A stretch of DNA of 64,000 nt from Trichoplax adhaerens. Its lineage: Eukaryota; Animalia; Placozoa. Shown piece by piece: positions 16,001 to 31,000 of this stretch. The stretch spans positions 5,133,397-5,197,396 of the forward strand of contig NW_002060945.1 of assembly GCF_000150275.1 (NCBI RefSeq), in the 5' to 3' direction. Within the stretch, counting starts at the first letter, position 1; each line of letters begins with the position of its first letter. A program made the position numbers and the translations under genes. Below the pieces are notes generated by a model. The model made no database searches, was not told the DNA's origin, and saw nothing but the letters and a program-made list of their open reading frames with translations.

Positions 16001-19000
16001 ACCTATATCGGCTATACGTTGATATCGTTGCAACGACATAGTTCCATCGATAATTCCCATATTGTTGTTGTAATGATCATACACACTTTTATCTAGATTG
16101 AAATATGTGTATTAATTTTAATTACTTCTAGATATAAACAGTAACACACGCAATTGCAAATGTTCGTAAATCAATTTTTAAATTAATTAAAAATAGTTTA
16201 AACGTTTAAGAATAATCTCAACTGTAGCAGTTGTAATGTGATAGCTGATAGCAAATCAGTTTTAAACTACTTAGAACACTTTAATCCTTTATAAATAAAT
16301 AATTTTTGCTGCAACTGGTTCTCAATACCGATAACCATATTTATATATATGCTAATTTGTTCCATTTATTATGGTATCCCTACCAATCTATGTATATAGC
16401 AAATATATCCAGTATGCTACCAGTAAATTTTATGATGCAATATGAATACACAATGTTAATTTCTTACCTGGAATTTGAGATCCTTTGTTTTTTTCAGCGG
16501 TTACACAACTATTATGATTATCGCTAGTTGATCCTGTTACATTAACTCCTTCAGCACGAAGACAAGTGTTTATGCTCCCTGCGCTACTACTGCTGCTTAA
16601 GCTAGGACCACTATCGACGTTAGTGTGTTCATGGCTATCGAAAGAAGATGATTGGCTTAAACTATTTCTTGCTTTTTCTTCTGTATGATTACGATTCCAT
16701 ACTTTGTCGTTGTCATCCGAAGCCATAGATAATGACGAGTTGTTTTTCTTACGAAGGATTAATGAATTATTTGACATACTTGACGAGTAATCAACGCTAG
16801 TGGAACGCTTCGTAAATTCTTCAGCTAAATTTCTATAACTAGTGGAAAAATGTCAACCAAATATGAAAATCAGACACCCATATTTACTTTATACCGTTTT
16901 AAATCCTAAGGGCAACAGTGGCTAAGATCTCATATTAACAAATTCTTAGTTTGCCATGATCTTTATAAACATAAATAGATGATGATATTCCAAAATTTGA
17001 TTTTCCCAGTAAGTGTAAAGATTATATAAATTTCTCATAATTAACTTCTAGGATTGCAGATATTGAAATTAGAATAAATGATTTGACACGTAAAACCATT
17101 CTTCAATTGATGTTAACTTAACATCCAGAAGAACCTTTCAGGAATTGCTGGTTTGGGTTATGTATGCACTGAACCAGACATTGAATTTATTATAATGGAT
17201 AACTTTAAGGTATTTTGATTTTTATAGGCAAAGTAATGCTTTTATGTACTTTTTAGGTTATTCAAATAATGGCTGGTAACTTATAGTGATAATAACATAA
17301 AATGCTTCTCGTCGACAAGTGAAAAGGATAAAAGAAGATTTATGGGTAAAATAGTGATTTTAAGTTAATGATTGGGGACGGTGGACTAAACTTTATGAAG
17401 TTATAATTAAGAGGTCTTCTTAAAAGAATTACGATTTTTAGAATATTTATATAGAAAAATGAATAGTAAACTGTAAGATAAGAACGGTGGGAGGGTTTTT
17501 ATGCAGAAAGCATATGATGAAGAATAACGTAGAAGATTTTATGTCGAAAGAAAGATTGCTATCATTGATCTGTGGCATGACGATGATGTTTGTCAAATTT
17601 GAATCTAGCCTCAAGGCTATCAGATTATCCCATCTTTTTCATCTAATTTGTCAGTTAAGTTAGTTAATCAAAGGGGTACTCTTAATTAATTTAAATCACA
17701 GTACTTGGTGCTGGGATTTTATTAATGTTTTGGCCACAACATTACTTTGAATTTAATAATAATTAAGACCGGTGGACATTATCTTCAAATAAAGCATCTT
17801 TATCATCGATTTTGTAACTGATTCATAATTAATTTATGTTTAAACAAATTGATGGAAACTCTAAAGGTACAACCATCACATACTATCAGTAAAGGTGATA
17901 AAATTGCGTATGATAGCGAACATCGAAGTAAATTATATCAGGTAATCAAGCTTACAGATATAATAATTGTCAATGAAAAGCTAACGAGGAGATAACATAA
18001 ATTATAGAATTTAGTTTGCTTAATAAATAGTGAATATTTTGGGATGTTAACTTAAGAAACATGTCCGTGATTCCCAATGCAGTAGAGCAAGAAGGCTTCG
18101 AATATTGTTTAATGAAGACTATTGAAATACCATTACCTGATCGAGAATTTATCAAAACATTACAACATCACAATAGCAAATAATAGTTACCAAATATTCA
18201 ATAGAATGGGAATCTTAGTTACGAGCTCTTACGTCTCAGTCCATAGTAGTAAGTGTGATTAGTTATAAAGGAAATTTCTGTTAGAAAGAGTTTATCCTAT
18301 CTTCTATATATAGATATTTACATCACTAAACAGATTGAAATCTCAAAACTGATTAATATTAATAATGGAGCAAATGAAATTAGATGGATAAAATTAATTT
18401 GATCGTTAATAATTGGCATTACACTAAAGAAACTATTTATGTGATTTAAAAGTGATAATGGGAAGCCTAATTAAGTAAATCCTATGTTAAGTTAATTAGC
18501 GTTGAATTAGTATGAAACAGAAATGTAAAAATTATATTAAGGTATAGATGATTGGACCGATAGTTTATGTATAATCCGGCTATAGATAAAGTCTTGTCAT
18601 TGTGATATTACAATAAGCTTAAAGGTTAATCAGATAGGTATGTACGTACTATATAACTTCAATATGAGAGGATAAAATCTTTTAAAGCAAAAAGAAAGGA
18701 TATAGACCTTTAGCTAATGGAATTGATTAACTTAAAACGTTACATTGGTTACTAACTTAAATATTGAGCTTAATGATTCTATGCTTGATCGATAAACATA
18801 TAAAATTTCATGCAGTAACAAAAATGATAGGGATTGATCGAGTTAAGTTTATAGAATTACTTGTTAATTTACGTACTTTATCCAACATGTTAAAGTCTAT
18901 ATCTCGCAGATATAGGTTATCAATTTTTAGGTAAGAGTAAATAATTGAAACCAATCCTCAGTGAAGGAGTTAAAAATATTAACGGTACAAATTACCAGTT

Positions 19001-22000
19001 AACTCAAACGTTGCCAATATTTTATAAACTCTTATTCAGTAAATACGGATTAATGTAAAAGAAAGAATGGAAATTTATCCTTGGTTAAGATCGATTACGT
19101 TAAGGTTATAAATACTAATATTGTTAACTGGTATATTATATCGTCTAAAAGGGAATGATCTTACACATGGTAATATATTCAGCGATAAGCTTATCCCGCG
19201 GTAATACGAGTTAATATCTACTTTAAAGCGTTATAGGTCCGATTAATATCAGAGACGTATAATTCTAACAAGACAATCATTGAAGCCATTAATACGAGGA
19301 TACATCAACTTTTGTAATTTCTTTCAGTTACAGTGAAAAAGGGTAAAGAGTGTTAAAGATTCAAGTGCTATTAAACACTTATTTAATAAATAGTATTCAA
19401 AGCTTTATGACACTGTCGGTATCTGCAAACAAGCGAAAGTTCCGATAAAAATGAAATAAAAATAGTTGCAAAGGATAAAATTATCACCAAAAGTAACATC
19501 AATTAAGAAGAATGCGAGGAATTTACTACATGCTTTGTTGAATACTTTGGTATTATGGACCGCATAACTGAAAAAAGCAGATAGTAATATGTGAATATGT
19601 TTCTAAATCAAATGATGGTTAATTACAAGAGCAATTTATGACCGCTAGTGTATGTTCAAGTAATAGTATTGACTGGGTGAATTTATTCCCACTATTGGAA
19701 AAACAGTTATTAGATATTTAGTAAGATAAATAAAAAGAAAACAGTTTAGTTCTATTTAATTCACATATTAATTTGTCAATTATGGAATATTATTAGCTAT
19801 GATATCATCCTATCTTCTTTTAAATGTAGAAACAGAAATAGTCAGTCTAGTTTCGATGACAATAGAGGAATATTTAAAAAATAGACATGAAAGATACGCA
19901 TAGATAAAATACCAGTTGATGTTACTAAGTAGTTATCCGATTTCCTACTACAAGAAATAAGGACAAATGAAACTATTTCTATAAAAGTAAGTCAAGAGTG
20001 AAGCTATTATTCCGTTTGCCATGAAGTAATATTATTTAGATACGACTAGATATTCCACGCTGAATATCAATACAGTTATTGTGCTCTATCCTCCATGTAC
20101 GAGTATACTTTAGTCACAATATCATTATAAGATACCATTTACGCTGACATATAAACATGCTTCTTGCACTAGATACCACATAATGATAATGAAGGATAAT
20201 CACAATTAGAGTTTAGAACAAATTAGAAAAGCTATCGATGATTTCATTTGATAGAAAATATTATGTTAAGAATGTGGTTATTTCCGATTGTAGTAGATTT
20301 TTACGGAGAATTTTACTTGTCTTGGCTGTACTTGATATTAGCGTTGGTTTGTCTGCGCTGATATAAAACTGTTACGGTATCACCTTACCGTTATGATGGT
20401 CTAATAATACAGTAGTAGCTAACATGGAAAATATCCATACTTGCAGTGCTAGGTAAGATAAGTAATGCTTTTACGTGAATATTATTTGTAATAGTTTATT
20501 ACGTATTTGATATTGATTGTTATTGTGTGTATATAGATAGTAGTAAGATGATTCAAGTTCTAGCTAATGATAGTTGAACTAGATAATATAAATGCTTGGA
20601 TTAAGATTAAGAATGAGTAATAATAGGTTAAAAATATTTACTGATAGAAAAGCTATGTAATATAAGGAACATCTCATTTGGAGATGTCTCTCCTAGCAAG
20701 GCATAATAATAATGCTATTGTTGATAATAAATTAGACAGCTCCTGTATAAACAGGAACATTTTGAGTTAAGTTTTGAAAAGTTGTAGATGTGTCTATGCT
20801 AATAACAGTTCTATCTTCATGTTACTTTGCTGTGTGTGCTTAACATTTAGTAAAAGAGCGTTTCAGTCAGTATTTACTTATAGACTTTTACTGCACTTTT
20901 CCATATCGCAGAGTTTAAATTATGACAAGACCATAAACTGAGAATAGATATCGATAAATTGAAACATGAGGGGTAACAACGATTTCGCTTGACAAGAAGC
21001 TTAATATATGAGAATTTTATTACGAATAGCTTCGATAGAAATTAATTTAAAAGAAATATTGGCACGCGATAATTGCAGTAACGTATTCGGGATTATAGGA
21101 TGATAGATCGTCCATAATAGGTATGCTCAATAATCTGATATTATAATGAGATTTAATAACATTATTGATTCACTAAGTCATATAAGCATATTTTCGTTTG
21201 AAATAACAGGCACAGGGATTCTAAAAAATAGAAGTGCTTGGCGGAGTTGATAAATTATCTAGGTACGCTGGTCTTAATGACTAGTATTCATTTCTGAAAC
21301 CATCAAACTTAGTAAGGTTATTAGCAATTATCCCAGAAGGCTTTGCCGTTTTCTTTTTCCTATCGGTTAAAGTAGTATCCAATAAATTAAGTAATATTTC
21401 TCATGGAATCGTTTGAAATTGATTATGTACACGTAGGATATTCCTTTTACACATAGCCATTGAAGATCTGCCTGGATATTATAGCCTTTAATAACTAAAA
21501 ATGAAAATCAGCCATTCTACGACTAATGAAATATTATATTGTTGTACTAAATGGAGGATCTCTTCAATTTCGGATACGGTACTGGTATCCAAGGTCTGTT
21601 TCATTAGAGACTTCTCGTTAACAGATGCTGTATCAGTCAAAGGATTATCCACGAAAATTTATGATAGTGTAGCAATATAAGTAACAACTCAAATTTAGGT
21701 AGAAAGAAAGTTAACTCCCTCATGTGAACAAGTACTGTAAATGTAATCAAAGTTTCAATAGCGTATTGGTTTTACGGCCAATTACCAGTATCGTAAAATA
21801 GATACATCTACGTATTATATGAATCAAGAAAAACAACCTTTATCTTATATCCGCTTATTGTAGAAATAGATTAATTAGATTAAAATATCTCAGACAGTAG
21901 CTTTCTCGCATTGACGCACTGTTGATGGTAATGCCCAAAAAATTTTTAAATTTTGAATTACTTTATTGTTGTAAATATACATAACCGTAACCGGATATCT

Positions 22001-25000
22001 CTTCCTCGAATCCTTTGATCATGAGTTAGGACACCGAAACAGGTTTAATCCAAGAATTGATATGGTCAAAATTTATGTCTTAATCTTAATCTTAAATGTT
22101 AAGACAAACTAATAATAACGAGTGTCCCATGACTAATGGATCCACTGATAAAAAGTAATATGATGCATTCACGATCTTAACCTTACTGTTTTTCGACTGT
22201 ATTTCATCTTTTGGGTTCGAGTTAACTTATGAATAGAACTGGATCGGTAATGTACTCCTAAGAAAACTGCGGCAATTTTATATTTTTATGTGGTATTAAA
22301 AACGAAGCCTTTCACTCTTATGTGGAGGCACATCGTATCGATAAAGAATTAAAATTTATAGCATATGATTTCTAAATGAAAGCAAAACGCACCATACGGC
22401 CTTACAAGTTTAAAGAAGAGTAAATGTTCGATTGCAAAACGATGTAATGTATCAGTCAATAATGATACACGATTAGATCAGAGCATATGTTCAAGGACGC
22501 TATAAAATTTATAATAGTGCTTTGTTCGATACTTAAGAAATGAATTAATTGACAAATTTCGATAGAAATCTTTACTCTATTATCTATTACTAATGCTGCA
22601 TTATTATCATTTTTAAGGTACTATGGAAAGAGAATAGAGTTCAGTATTACTTTTCTTTACTTCGATAAGAAATGGATATTACTCAGTTTGAAAGCTGTTA
22701 TTTTGATTTTAACTGTTTAGCAGATCATTCTTAGGTTAACAGATGAGGACAAGGAAAAGATTTCGTTCTTTTATTATGATACTAGATAGTAGCAAAAATT
22801 GATCAAGACTTTGCATTCAACTAGGAGATAGATTATCTTACACCATAACAGTATGATAGAATTATTAATTTTGCAAGAGCGTTAACGCTAACGTTATATC
22901 ATTACTGTTAAATGATGGATATTTCCTTGAAATATATAATTCTATTATTAAGTAAAGAGTTTAGCTATGCCATCATAATTATCCTAATAGTATCATGGTA
23001 AAATTAATGATTTACAGGGAGTTCTAAAGTTCTCAATTTAGCAAGAAGTCCTTGTAAGAGTAAGATAAATCAGAATAAAATGAATACCTTAAAAGTGGAT
23101 ATTATAACCGATATACTACAATATAAATACAGTACCTCTTGCGATAGTCAGTAATTATAAATCCATAAACTACGATGGAAGCTACTATATATAATAACTT
23201 AGTAACAAACCAACAACTTTTTGTGAATATAAAAAAAAATGCGGGTAAAACGCAATGAAAAGCGTAAAAAAATGTAAACAAGATACGTATAGAATGATCA
23301 TAAAAAATGAAGAATAAGTGAATCATTTACTACGCTGATCATGCATCTAGATTACTGACATGCTACCGTATTTTAAGCGGAAAAGGAATAGGAACATAAA
23401 TTTGATCTTCGAACGATAAAAGTAGAAGAGTTTGATCGATGAATGACTATGTTATAATCATTTACGGTACGTTTAAAGACTCGATTGCTTGATAAAAGAT
23501 CGAATTAATATTAGCCGAATTTGTTGTATTAACATTTCAAATAGTTATTAGCTAGCTGATGTTTTGGCCATTAAACTTTTTTCAAAGAGGAACAGTAAAT
23601 TCAAAAGACGATACTGTAGCAATATTGATGCCTCCTTCAGTTTTATTGTATAAATTTTGGAATATGATATACGTATAATGCATAGAATACGCTGCATCTA
23701 TTGCCAATCCTTAGAATATTGATCATAACTGTACATCAATTACTAATACTTGGGTTTCTCATAAAGTGTACACCTTTCGCTAAGTGTTCTTAAATTGTTT
23801 CTTACTTACATAATCTGATTAAAGTTAATTTTAATTTTAATAGCAATTATTCCTCTGCGCTCTAATTCCAACTCTACGATAGGCGAATTAAATTGGTTAT
23901 TAAAAGATGCATTTACTCATAGTTTATTCTTAGTATCGAAGGTCGTGATAAAATAAAAGTTTGTGAAGGATAAAAGTTCCATTTAGTCCCAATTAATATT
24001 TCCAACTTGTATTTGAAATACACAACTCTTTTAATAAGATTATAACATTGATATAAAAGTAGGTTTCTATAACTCTAGTCATGCTGAACTTTATAAACTC
24101 TGAAAGATTTCCTACTTATAAAAGAATGTTGGTAAATGTATTAACCAATGCTGGCTAATATTTAGATTTTTACAGAAGCGAAAGGACGATTAAAAAAAGA
24201 ACATAAATCGGTAATTCATAAATTAGAATTAATTTCAATAATATAAATTAACATATCTTTGTCTAAAATTCTTTTTGCTCCTAAATAAATGGGCAAAAAT
24301 TTTAATTTTGCTGGAAATAATTCAATTAGTCACATAACTAAAGGCAATAGAAATAGTTAATGGAATATTTATCGTCCTTCTTTAATATATCAATAAATTG
24401 CATAGGTTTTTGCTTTACTATATAGAGATATATAGATAAAATGAGTTCAAACTTAGAATAATGAATCGTTATAATGGTAACTAATAGAATCCTTGACGTT
24501 TAGATGTTTTATACTGTGCTTTTTCCCAGTCCCAAAATTGTAAACTAGTTTGAAAAACATAAGAAATTCTAAATTAAACCTCTACTATATTCTACTCAGA
24601 CCGACTTACGAGCTGTAGAATAGGATTGATGATAGGATTTTAGTGTTGAATCATTATTCTTTGTGTCTACGAAATGGAAGGATGACTGATTGTGTTGGAT
24701 AATAAAAATAATTGTTGTTCTTATATATGACTTTTTTTGTTTTTCAATCTAATATAATCTAACAACGATCAATGCATCATATAGATTAAACCGATTGTAG
24801 ATAAGCTAAATATAATAGCGTCGAGTGATAAGGGATTGTATTATCACGCTATAGTTTTATAAGAAAAGGACTATAAACAATTAAAAGGACTAGCGTAAAT
24901 AAATAGAAGTAAAATACTGTCGATAGTCTTTATCAACATGAATAGATAATGAATATGAGAAGTAATTTGCTCAACTGCAAATAGATTGTTACATTGATAC

Positions 25001-28000
25001 ACGGATTAAAGTGAAATTGAAAAATTTTTAATTAGTTAAGAAATAATAAAGTTTAAGTTAACTTGTTAATACTTGATTGTCTTAAAGTTTGGAAAGTCAT
25101 AGCTGTAGCTAGCCGATGAGAACATACTCGCCTGTTTACTCACTGACAAGTCCTCAATTAACAAGTAAAGAAAACTTAAATACGTAGGTATTAGAGCTTA
25201 TGAATAAATGAACAGCTCTTATTGTGTCTTGTCGCATAGGCATAAGATATCCATAGCTCTAATTGGCTAAAATTTTCAGCTATCGTTAGTATGGAAATAC
25301 GAAACATAAATTACTTCGATAGTAACAAGACGCATCTCCTTTCATCTATTTTGTTTCTATTTCCTTTCGAAGGTATGAGAAGCAAACCGAATTAGGGTGA
25401 ATCCTGATTTAAATAATGCAGCACGTAAAGTTTCGTTTTTATGAAATAATTCTACAACATAGTTATCTACAGCTAGTAGATTAATAAATAGAACATCTGT
25501 AATGATTTCAGCTAATTGTAGTAGTACAGTAGGGCAGCTAATAGGATGAGACGGCGTACTTGTACTTTTTTCGGTATAAGACTGTGTCACATTAGGGAAT
25601 TACTGCATTTTTGTTAACGCAAATTTGGGGTTACGTAGGCGAACCAATAGTAATAGCAGGAGACTAACATTCGATCATTACAACATCATTTACTCTGATC
25701 TGGTTTTACGGTGAAATTATGATCTTAGATTTGTAAATTTTTTCGACTATTGCATTTCTAATCAATCGTCGATCGTTTTCATAAATTATTCTTGAAAAGA
25801 AGATATATATTCATGATCTAGTAGTATCATAGCATCTTTAAAGTTAATGAACAATTTAAATTACTATCCGAAATTGCCGTATGGCTCCTAATTTTGAAGT
25901 TATTATTGCAGCCATGATGGAACTAAAATATGATACTGCATACGTGCTTATGGTCTTGTTGCGGTAATATCGTAATGTCATTAATCTTCGAGTTATTAGC
26001 AGATCAAAGCGATTTTAATTGCCGATCTTGTATTGTCATATGACTGCTAGCTGAACCAATCAATTTGTCTCTAATCCAATCGTATTACTTTGCAATAGTT
26101 ATTGCAATCTGATAGTAAATTATAGAAGTAGCATTCGAACAGTACAACAATTACGGTACTTATTCAATATTATACGTTGTATTGCCGTTAGGCTTAACAT
26201 TAAGGTTAAATTCTTATTTGATATCGTAATCACTAATCTGCGCTGCAATAGAATACAGTGGTTACGTAGTTTAAAAAGATCATTGGGAACGCAAGTAAGC
26301 CTGACCGTATACTCATATATTAGGCTTGACAATAATGTTGCTACTGTGACTTAATAGGTCATACACTATGGAGTTTATAGACGGATACACCGAGTAAGTC
26401 GAGAGTTCTTATTAACCTTAGTTCATAGATATTAATACAGTTTGAATTTTATTGTAATAAAACTCAGTTCGGCTTTAAAATCCAATTAATTGGATTAATT
26501 ATGAACTTTGAGACTTTGCTTTACTACATTCCTACATTATTAAAAATTACATAGGTTGGTGTATGTATAAAAATACCCTAGTTATCATTGTTCACTACAG
26601 AATCGTATTATATTGATTGTTTTCACTGTATATTCGGTAAACATAGGGTAAATATAGTAATATTAATGTTTCCATTGCTTTTAAAATCTAATTCAGTTAT
26701 CGATTCAGATGAGTCTGATCTACTCTCGATCTGGAGGAAAAATTATATCGAAATTGATTTGTTATTGCTTTGGCATTGTAATACTACCATAAATTGAAGA
26801 CAAGCGAGCATGAACAGTGATAGTGCTATATATGATTTGATGTTGTACTTCTCTCACTTAGATTTTTAAATTCGTAAATATATGCGTACCGTATCTTAAT
26901 CAAAAATATTAACGAATTTTTTGATTTCATACGAAGTAAATTCTTGCTAAAGTCAAGATAATAATACAACAGAATATTTGTTACGATAATATTCTTTGTC
27001 AACTTTTATATGATCATGTTCATGACTTATTATACCCATCCAGTCAAAGAATTTTCAAATTGCATGCTCATAGATTTGATTAAACGGTGCTAGGTATTTT
27101 AAGATTAACATGATAATCTATGTTAGTTACCTTTGATCAGATGTTTTCGAAGACTGACTTGGTGATGGCGTTTTCTCTGGCGATTTTACTGATTTGACGA
27201 TCATGGTAGTGGCATCGTCCGATAAAATCAGAATTACAAATAAAATTAGTGGATTAAGCCTAACTTATATTGTTTTTACGAGAAACAAGTATAAATACAT
27301 GGTGGTTATCTTACGTAGTTTGTTATGTTACTTTAAATGAAAATGACACATGTATATATTAACTGCGTTGCCTAACCGTACGTTATCTAAATATTGATAA
27401 AGGTATTCGTTTTGATATTGAAATAACTTACGTGCATTTGCGAATTTATTAAATAATGGCTATTATATAGAATGATCGTATTGAAAATTTATGCAAGAAT
27501 GGATAGTCTGAGTAGCTCAATAGTCTGATCATGTAAAATTATTAGGGAGTAATCACATTTATTTGACTAATCCAGCAACAAAAGATGATTAGGATTAAAT
27601 CTACAGTATACGGTCCTACAGATACGGTAATTTAGGAACAACGAAATTTTTAAATATCGGCACGTTCAAAAATCATAGCAACATATGTTTCTATAGAAAA
27701 TAAAGCATAAATTTACGACTCCTGTTAAGTATCAGGCAGTAATTGTTATTCTAAAGGTGAAACTTCCGCTTAAATCAATGAATGGTCTAAATAACTCTTA
27801 TACTTATAGGAGATTACAATTTTATTTTAATTATAATGACATACTCGTATATAATAAACAAATTAGCAATGAAATAATCTTTCAATATCAATATTCTTAC
27901 AGTACTCTCAGTTAACTAGCAGATTGACCTGAATAATTGAGTACTGAAAGTTACAATATCATGAGAGAACTAAGAATTATCCATCCTAGCTATCAATTAT

Positions 28001-31000
28001 GTTTTATGTATTGGCAAAGATATTGAGGCTAAGATCTGAAATACTTTGTTGCACATTAGGTAATAAAAAGACAATAGGACTGCCATTAATATGATATACG
28101 AATATGATAGTTTATCACCATTAGCGGAGAATTAAGCTTCTAATCTGTCTTTTATTTGCATTTAATGAAAGCAAAATACACTGTAAGAATCAATAAAAAG
28201 ATGGGTATGTATGGCTCAAAATAATATCACAGCTTAGGAATAATTTAGATGCAGGTTCAATCTACTTGAATGATTTCCTTGCTAGGTATTTTAAACTGAA
28301 AGTAAAATTTTTCTTTAATTACCAGAATACCTATAGCTGGATTGAATAATATCGGATCTTACTGTAAATAAATTCACTTTAGCTAAATTGTGTTACTATC
28401 GATAACGAGTGAATGAATCAGAAGTTATCACTTAATCGTAAAAGATTGGTTCATGACTATTGGATAAAATCTATTGTGAGCACAAAACTAGAATGGACTA
28501 GTTATCTTGCTAACTTTACTAATGTAGCCGTATATTCATGCTTTAATCAAGGTACTAGGAATTTATGATTTGTTACACGATACTCGTATATAGCGGAAAT
28601 AACTAAGATAAGCATAAATAGCAAATCTATCAATCCATACGTGTTGCATTAATATGGGTTAGTACGCGCCATAGTATAAATTGTAATAAATTAAGTTCAG
28701 ATTTACCTTTATGATCTATGCTAAAAGACAATAGATTAATTTTAATTTATGGGATGTTACAATTGAAAGTGAAATGCAATAGGTTAATTGGTATTCTACT
28801 TAGCAGAGATATGACGTAATAAATATGTTCTTTTACTTTTAATATCGGTTACCATTAAGGGATTATAAGTGTATTAATACTGTTGAATCCAGATATAAAT
28901 AGAAAACTGAGTCTAAGTGAATACTAATCTATGGAAATATTGTTAATGTTCTATAAACGTCATTAGACAATAGATTATTGTCTATTATACGAAAATATAG
29001 TGATGCTATTGAGGATAAAATGGATACTGAGTTTAGCAAGATCGATTAAGATCACATTTCGAAGTAAGATTTTCATCAACCTTAGCAATTTTAAGACATG
29101 CCTGTAACTTTAAATAATTCTGAATCGGTTTGAAAAGGATTCACAGCGTTGTTGTTATTAGTTTAATCAATAGTGGATTTAAATTATAATTTAGGAGAGC
29201 ATATGCGTATATCAAAGAATAAGATATACAAGCTGCTAAATAACATAATGGCTAAATAACGAATTCACATAGTCTGATATTTAAATCATATACCACCGTA
29301 ATTCTTAAATTTTATTGTATGCGCATATTTAGATTGAATTTATTTAAACTGATTTGGATTCGCATCATATAAGGTGCTGATAAGATTTTTCTTGTAAAGT
29401 ATGTAAACGTCTTTGATGTATGCTATAAATTTATACAGACGTTTGAAATATATAGTGGAAGTAAAAATTTGTTCGGTAGCGGTGAGTCAAGAACGATCGG
29501 TTAAATTTAAGCAAATTTTAAGCCAACTTGTAAGTAATAAAAAAAGGAAAGTATTCGATTTGTATTTATCCAAAATAAGTTAATCACTGTGATCGATGGA
29601 TAGAAATGAATACAAGATGAAAAAGCATCTAATCTAAAGCTAAAAATATTCCCAGGATTAGAGTTGGAACATTTAGTCGATGTCTTATGCTTCTACAAAG
29701 ATTTAATCGTAATTGAGAATGTTGATTATTCCAGCACTTACCTCGGCGTAATGATAGCGAATTGTAAGAATTAGAAGCCATACGCTGTTCATCGTTGTCA
29801 TTAATTGCCTTCTGTTTACTTTTTTGTAGCTTTATTTGATGTTCCAATTGCGTTAAACTAAAGAATAAGCTTAGGATAGCCTTAAGGTCACCGTTAACAA
29901 TATCTAAACAAGTAAGCAAACCATATCTATTAAGTAGGTTGAATCTACTATTGAGACCTATTATCTTATAATTTTCATTCATTAAATTTAATAATTTTTA
30001 TTACAGATATATGTCAGTGTAGATAGCAGTCCTTCTTTTACTCTTGGTATACAGTATTATATAACTGTACGGTATATTGTGATATGATTGTCAGTAGAGC
30101 TTTAGGAATGAGAACATAAACTAAATGTCAGTTTTATTGATCGCAGCATCTATGCTGACTTATCGAAACTGTTTATGGCAAGATAAATTAGGATTAATTA
30201 ACCTTATTACTAGGACCTGTTTTAACCCGATCATTTAAAGGCTTTAAATTGATTAATATGATCATGTTATCGGTTTTTAAATACTAATTATAGCATAAGC
30301 ATATTAATGCAGCCTTGTTTGCTGAAATTCATACGCGTGTAGAGTACTAGTATTCTCGTTAATATGCCTACATGTAGGTAGATCGTAAAAGTCCTTCTTT
30401 TGAACTACTTATATCGAATTACCTCCGATTTCTTTAGTTAAGATTAAATGCAATTATAATTAATATCAGTAAGTGGGAACGATGATGTTGATAAGGATGA
30501 ATTATTGTTGATTTGATAGTAATATATCGCATTATTATACGCGTATAGCAGTAGTCGAATCTTTAACTTATTTGTTTTCATATTAATGATATTCAAATAT
30601 AATCTTAAAGCTAATAAAATAGTGCCTGTGAAACAAGAGTAGCTTTGACAAAACATACATGTCATTCATCAATACTTCATCGGACTATTATGTAGACTAC
30701 TATGATCATATATGCTAGAAAGCAATATATGTTGTACATGTCACATACTGTATTTGGGTGCCTTCCATCGAAAAAGTACCGGCAGTAGTATAATGCCAAA
30801 TTACCGTAGTAAACTGCATTAAATTGGTATCTTCTATATACTCATCAATTTATAATTTAAAGTAAACTAATTTCATTTCTTAACATAAAAAAAACATAAA
30901 TAACATATCTCTGTCATTTTGGGTTATTCGTGGTCACTAGTTACTATTTTTATTAACTATATTTAGGATGCAAGCCTTACGCCGTGGTAAGTCCTTTTAA

